A stretch of DNA of 64,000 bases from the human T2T-CHM13v2.0 reference genome, Homo sapiens: the NCBI RefSeq assembly GCF_009914755.1, contig NC_060926.1; one strand, 5' to 3'. The notes beneath the pieces are model-generated. The model saw only the letters and a list, made by a program, of their open reading frames with translations, did no database searches and had not been told where the DNA came from. A program made the translations under genes and the position numbers. This document shows, piece after piece, positions 57,734-64,000 of this stretch (position 1 is the stretch's first letter; each line of letters begins with the position of its first letter).

Positions 57734-59680
57734 CATCAGCAGAAAGCCCACGATAAGACTGTGGACAAGTCTGGTGAGGCAAGTGCCACGCAATGATAAT
57801 TTTCCAGCGACACCAACAAGAGGCCAACAAAACACAATCAAGGAACTCACTGCGCTCAACATGTTGAATATTCTCTACATTGAATGTAGAAAATCATCCT
57901 CGCCTTTGGATGAAACGGAGGCACCGCGCTTGGAGCCGCAGGAACCACGATCCCGCCATGGGGCTGGCTGCCTCCTGAACAGGGGCGCTCGCTCTGCCAG
58001 GTGCAATAGAGTTTCACGTATTTTTCAACTGGGAGAGAGAAGCTGTTTTTTCCTTCCTGCAGAGCAAGCTTGATCCCTAAACAACCATAGATCAGTTATC
58101 TTATGACAACATTAGGCATCAGGCTCTCTTGGAATAAGATCAAAGTGTCCTTATCACTTTGATTCCTACTTTTGTTTTTTAACCGATCTACACTTTCAGT
58201 GGCCGACAGAAAACGAGGGACAATACTGTGCATCACAAGGCCTAGGAGGCTGCTGGTCCCCACTGGGGCTGAAGAGAAGCCCAGCTGCCCACGCGGAGCC
58301 AGGGGTGGCAGCTGTGGGACAGCCGGGGAGCAGGGACAGCGGTCTGTCCTTCACAGGTTTTTCTACTGTGTTTTTGCTGGAGAAGGACAGTGATTGCGCT
58401 AGCTTTCTCTTACCCGGTATGAATTATTTAGATTTCTGAGGCATTTTCTTGATAAACAAAAGGCTATTTTTAAGTACTGAGAGGAGGAGCAGGCCACAAG
58501 AGGGATAATGTTGTGGGAATTCCCAAAGCTCTTTGTAGGTAGTGCCAGAGGGGGGCTTTTGCTCTCATTTTTCTATGTGCAGAATAGAGGATCTCTCCTG
58601 GGGTGGGCGATGCCCCCATTTTATTTTTAGAAAAAGTAACTCCCAGACAGCCCCATAAAAGCTGTGCCCAAGGAAGAAGAGTCTGCTCTAGAAGGAGCCC
58701 GGTTCTGGCTCAGGACACCGGCCCAGCTCCCTCCATGAGGTCAAGCTGAGGACCAGGCCAGTGGGAAGGGAAGGAGGGAGAATTAGCGTCTATAAAGCAC
58801 AGGAGACTATTTTTGATATTCATAGCTATATATTAAGGCACCTGCCACAAGAGCTCTCAGGATGGGGACAGCCTTCTTAGTGGAGCCATGGCAGCAAGGC
58901 CTGAGGGCATGAGCAGAACCACTCTTCTTGTCACATACGAACCTGAGAAAAGGGAAGCCAGGAGGGAGGTCACACCATGGCTCAAAAGGGAAAGGCCTTC
59001 CCACTTGTCCTTAGCCCCTCAAACCTCACACGGTCAACAGTTTCCATTCCAGGGCAGGAGAATGCTGCCGCCACTGCGCTGTTGAGTTGAAGTTGGTACC
59101 AAATACACATTTACCACTTTTATATCTGGGAAGTCAACTTGCCATCGTTTCATGATAACAACCATTTATAAGAGAAAAAGACAGGACACGCTTTCCATCG
59201 TTCAGTATTTGATGACACAAAATTCCAGTTCTAACGTTGGGCATCAACTTCTAGCACTACGAGTGTGGCTCCCACTTGGACAAGATACCGAGCTTCGTTA
59301 TGCAGTTTTTAATATTATTTATTATTTTAAAAAGTAATAAGCACAAAACTACATACATTGTATGTCATTTAAAGTATTTATGTCAAACAGGGTGCAAGTG
59401 TGAACCCAAGGACTGGAGCACAAATTCCTAACTGCCTGGGGCAGGGCTAATGTTAGCATTGGTGTGCGTCTGCCTCCAAAGGAGGTTCTAGTTGTCAGCG
59501 AGACTCAACACAGATGACATTGAAATTCGTTTCTCTCCTCATCTATCACACTGGAGCAAAACTGGCTATTTCTGTGAATGATATAAAACAGGGTTCTCTG
59601 TAATGGTATTGTACATAGTATATGTTTACTGTTAAGTTCTTGTTATATTATAATAAATATATTTATAGATCTAGACTTGG
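57734..59680 (+). other. KLHL29: KLHL29 3' UTR
   Basis: Repeat-free sequence after the stop codon, AU-rich at the distal end, ending at a canonical poly(A) signal. The end coordinate is approximate. Confidence 0.8.
59652..59657 (+). terminator. Polyadenylation signal AATAAA
   Basis: AATAAA with upstream TGTA (CFIm) motifs and a downstream GU-rich tract (ctttgtgtg, ~59694). Confidence 0.8.
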
Positions 59681-60090
59681 AAGCCAACGTAATCTTTGTG
59701 TGCCATCGTCCTGCCACAGGGATGCAAAACCTGTTCTACCCCTCATACATCAGCTGTATGGGTTCTCTTATAGACTTTAGTGCAGAACTTAATGATTAGA
59801 AAGGATGGGACTCCATATTGAGGGAAGGTTTAGAGTTGAAAAGCCAAGAAGACAATTGAAGGTAAAAGTTGAAAGGGACTTGCAAACACGCTGGCACTGG
59901 CTCTGAGGCTCTTCCTTTCATTGAAGTGCTCTTCTTATTACACTTGTGCAACTGAAAGCTTCAAAGCTGTTAGCTTCCCACTGGTATCACTGCTGTGCCA
60001 GGGACCCACTTAGAGCCACATGGCAAGTCCAGCTCATGAGCCTAAGAGGAGACACAACACACTTTCTCCAGGAAGAGGAATACAGGGTGA

Positions 60091-60410
60091 TTTCTTTTCT
60101 TTTCTTTTCTTTTTTTCTTTTTTTTTGAGATGGAGTTTCACTCTTGTTGCCCAGACTGGAGTGCAATGGCGCGATCTCAGGCTCACCACAACCTCCGCCT
60201 CCCGGGTTCAAGCGATTCTCCTGCCTCAGCCTCCTGAGTAGCTGGGATTACAAGCCTATGCCACCACACCCGGCTAATTTTGTATTTTTAGTAGAGACGG
60301 TGGTTTTTCCATGTTGGTCAGGGTGGTCTCGAACTCCCAACCTCAGGTGATCCACCCACCTCAGCCTCCGAAAGTGCTGGGATTATAGGCGTGAGCCACT
60401 GCGCCCAGCC
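60091..60410 (-). mobile_element. AluS (Sp-like)
   Basis: Antisense dimer. TSD agggtgatttct. Confidence 0.97.
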
Positions 60411-61199
60411 AGGGTGATTTCTATCCTATCCTAAAATCCAGTCGGGGGGCCTCACTGCCTTCTTCAGTCATGGCTGGTGCTGCTCTCTAGGCTGCTGTAT
60501 AGACCTACCTTGCTATGCTAAGGACTTGCGTGCCAGGCTCCCTGGGGAGAAAAGGTAGAGCGCCAGATGGGAGCACCTGTCCTCTGGCAGGGAAAGTAGT
60601 TTAGATTTCACAGATTCGCAGAAAGCAGATTGGCCAGCTTTGTCATCCATGTGAAGAGCTTCACACCATTAATTCACAAATCTCACCAAGACTAAGGGTC
60701 TCCTTGCCAAAAAAAAAAAAATCGGAAGGTGGTGGTCAGGGTAGGCGAGAGAGGGAGATGTTGAGAGAACTTGGCTGAGGCTTTATGGTGAGTGGACCAT
60801 ACTCTTGTCAAATAAATATTTGCAGTGATACCTTCAGTCCTAAAGGATGGCGAATGTCTAGAGGATGCCAATCATGAAGAGCTGAAATTATAACTTGAGA
60901 TAAAAATCAAGCAATCATCTTGTTAACTCTTTTCCTGTCTACCTCATTTCCCTAAATCAAGAGAAACACATTCTCTGGGTCTACGAAGAGTCTGTGTATT
61001 TCAGACTTAACTCTGGGGGGTGAACAAATTGCATTTTGCCATAAAAGCCATGTGTGTCCACTATATCAGGAGTCCATGAGACAAAGGGGAGCATCCAAGT
61101 GAAACCATCAGAGCTGATGTGGATAGTGAGAAAGTTCACTGTGACGGCCACAAACAGAAAATGGTTCACATTATGCATGTGTATGATTTTTTTTAAACC

Positions 61200-61686
61200 C
61201 ATAGCCAAAATAAGAAGAGAACAGTCAGGAAAAATATTTGCAGTCCATATGACAAAGGATTTATCTCTTTATTAAAGAACCCATGTAATTCAATAAGAAA
61301 AGGCTAAGTGATTCCAACAGTTAAAAGAGAATAGGTCTTAAACAGACCTAACAAAGAGGAAACGTTGCCAGTAAACAAACATACAACAAAAAAGCTCAAC
61401 AATGGCAGTTGTTAAATAATGAAAATAATTGTGAGGTAGTAACATCTTTAGCTACTAAATTAGCTCCCCAAACCTAAGAAAAATGGTGGGGAGAGGGACT
61501 CCAACTGCTCATGAGGAGCCGTGAACCCCGTGAGCAGTGAAGGGTTCTGTCAACCAAAACAACGCTTTTAGAGAGCAGTGAGGCAGACGCCGGGTATCAG
61601 GAGCCACAGAAGTATTCACACCTGACCTGGTGAATCCACTCTGAGCATCCATGAGGAAATCATAAAACTATGAGAAAAGTCATACA
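61200..61686 (+). mobile_element. Old L1M (L1ME-like) fragment
   Basis: aaaatatttgcagtccatatgacaaaggattta...caataagaaaag, A-rich and like the ORF2 3' region. Confidence 0.55.
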
Positions 61687-61995
61687 CAGCTGCCCTCCAT
61701 ACCCAGAGGTTCCCCATTCAGATTCAACCAACCGTGCATGGAAAAAATTGGGGGGCAAAAAACCAATACAGAATAATACAAATGAAAAAACAATACAGTG
61801 TAACAACCAGCTACATTGCCGTTACGTTGTATTAGGTATTATAAGTAATCTAGAGATGATTTAAAGTACACTGGAGGATGTGCAGAGGTTATATGCAAAT
61901 ACAAACCCCTTTAATATCAGGGACTTGAGCATCCAGGGTTTTGGTATCCCTGGGGGTCTAGGAACCAATCCCCTGCAGATGCTGAGGGATGACCG
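61687..61995 (-). mobile_element. MER2 (TcMar-Tigger MITE)
   Basis: ataagtaatctagagatgatttaaagta...ggttatatgcaaatac...ggacttgagcatcc...ggaaccaatcccc...gagggatgaccg; degenerate TIRs. Confidence 0.9.
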
Positions 61996-62408
61996 TCATA
62001 ATAACTTGCTCTCATTTACTGACACTAACAACATGCCCGACACTGTGCTAAGCACTGGCTGCGTGAAGCCTTCACATTTCCGTGAGACAGGTAATACTAA
62101 AGACATGCTGCCATTTGGAAAACACTTAGAAAAGGGAAAACAATGTATATTTTTATGATTGTGGGTATGTGATACACATATATAAAGATATATAAGATAT
62201 ACATCTAAAGATAGGTAAGATGTGTATCTTTTTAATGACCAGATTTGCAGTCAGAAAAATACTATCAGTTGTATTCATGGAATTGCAGGCAATTTTTCTT
62301 CTCTCTTGTCCAGAATTTCTATAATGACATTATTTTTATAAGATATAAATATATATATTTTTAAAAATGGGTAGTGAGGGACAGAGAGTAATCTTTCCAC
62401 AGAATTTC

Positions 62409-62410
62409 TT

Positions 62411-62441
<31 letters not shown>

Positions 62442-62729
62442 GGAGACAGAGTCTCACTCTGTTGCCCAGGCTGGATGGAGTGCAATGACACGACCTGGGG
62501 TCACTGCAACCTCCGCCTCCTGGATTCAAGTGATTCTCCTGCCTCAGCCTCCCAAGTAGCTGGGATTACAAGCCCCTGCCACCACGTCCAGCTAATTTTT
62601 GTATTTTTAGTAGAGATGGGGGTTTCACCATGTTGGCCAGGCTGGTCTCGAATTCCTGACCTCAGGTGATCTACCCACCTCACCCTCCCAAAATGCTGGG
62701 ATTACAGGAGTGAGCCACTGCGCCTGGCC
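62409..62729 (-). mobile_element. AluS
   Basis: Poly-T then antisense dimer. TSD ctttcc(a/c)cagaatttc. Confidence 0.96.
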
Positions 62730-64000
62730 CTTTCCCCAGAATTTCAGTCTGAGATTCTCTTTTGTGAAGATCATCTCCTATTTTGGGTACCATAAGCAAT
62801 GGAGAAGTTAGAGAGGTTCACTATCAAGTAACAAAGACAATTACAAATAAAAAATATGCTGCCATGTATTCGTGCTAAAACTCTGGAATGGGTTATTAAG
62901 ATCCCTGTACATGTCTCCTCTAATTGAACCTTAATATACGTATACAACATAATTACACACATTAACTCATTCTATCCTCTCAACTACCCTAAAAGGCATA
63001 GGGCTTCATCTTCACCCTTTAAGAAGACGAAACAGTCTCAGAAAAGTGGCTTGCCCGGTTATAGTTAGGCCATGCCCCAAGTGCTCTCTGTACACTGTTG
63101 AGTTTCATGCTCATTACGGTCCTGCACAGGATGGTTATCCCCATTGCAGGAGTGAGGCCACAGGGCCCTGAGACCTTAAGCAGAGAGCAGGTTTACAGCA
63201 TCTCAGCCTTCAAACCTGGCTCAGTGAGACTCCAGGAGCTCGCACTACACAGCCCCTCCAAGTCTGCCTGGAGTTTTTAAGGCACAATCCTCCTCCCCAG
63301 GCTACCTCAAAAATCCGTAGTAAGAAAACAGAGAACTCTGTGAATGGGATAGACATTCAGCTCTGTTAAAAATAGTCCTCTTTAGAAGTGGTTTTAAAAA
63401 CACCTGGTAAGAGTCTCAGCAACATAATGAAGGATTTGGCTTTAAACAGAAAACCTGGGACTGGGGTAAGGAAAGAGTCCTCTCACTGAGATGTGAGACC
63501 ATCCACTGCCGCCTCATTAGAAACTCCTGCTGTGAGCCTGCATTGTGTGATGGACTCTCAAGGAGTTCCTCACATGCTTGTGGAATCACAGCCTCGGCCT
63601 GGGAGAGCAGAGGAGAGGGGAGAACAGCATAAGTGCTGACCACAGCAGCCTCGGCCCCAAAGGGAATATCATGACCTTGGTATCCAAGGATACAGAAAGT
63701 TTTCCCAGCTGGGTCAAGGAGCTGAATAACATAAGGACTCAACTCCAAGAAGCCTGCTGTTTTCACATGATGGTAAAAAAACTGAGGTGTGCTGTTGGGA
63801 GTAGACAAAGAGGAATCCCATGGATCTCTTTACAAAAAAAAAATAAGACTCCAAGAATGTGTGTTCACCATCCAAACTTGCCATGCATGCACTCTGCTGC
63901 CCACTATGGAACATATGCAGGTCATTTGGGTGTGTTTCCTCCTAGAAAATGAGGACAGCCTTTGAGTGGCTCATACTAGGTCGGTAAGACTGCCTTCTCC

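Noticed and set aside
59700-64000. Exons of a convergent neighbouring gene
   Set aside because: No recognisable coding sequence on either strand; mostly Alu, L1M, MER2 and MIR.

Overview
This is GC-rich human (primate) genomic DNA holding the 3' half of the BTB-BACK-Kelch gene KLHL29 on the + strand. Positions 1-35448 are one long intron. Nine coding exons follow at 35449-57733 (probably exons 6-14; numbering from memory), all GT-AG and phase-consistent, encoding 561 aa from MLKEL to YIQSG*. A ~1.95 kb 3' UTR ends near AATAAA 59652, and the rest is repeat-rich downstream sequence. The introns carry Alu, MIR, L2, L1M, CR1, MaLR LTR and MER DNA-transposon fossils; repeat subfamily names are recalled from consensus sequences, not from a search. 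I see no new protein-coding system, and the other listed ORFs look like GC-rich, Alu or simple-repeat noise. The notable signals are non-coding. (1) Short local copy-paste events: a 234-bp, 92% identical inverted duplication at 29.4-30.5 kb, a 133-bp copy inserted inside an LTR at 2.6 kb, and a ~110-bp direct repeat around an exon. (2) An Alu-flanked 339-nt exon pair that would back-splice into a stop-free circular ORF. (3) A 24-bp VNTR made of YY1-like motifs. (4) A triple octamer cluster. (5) An intragenic CpG island next to an enhancer-like block. (6) Several alternative-splicing candidates.
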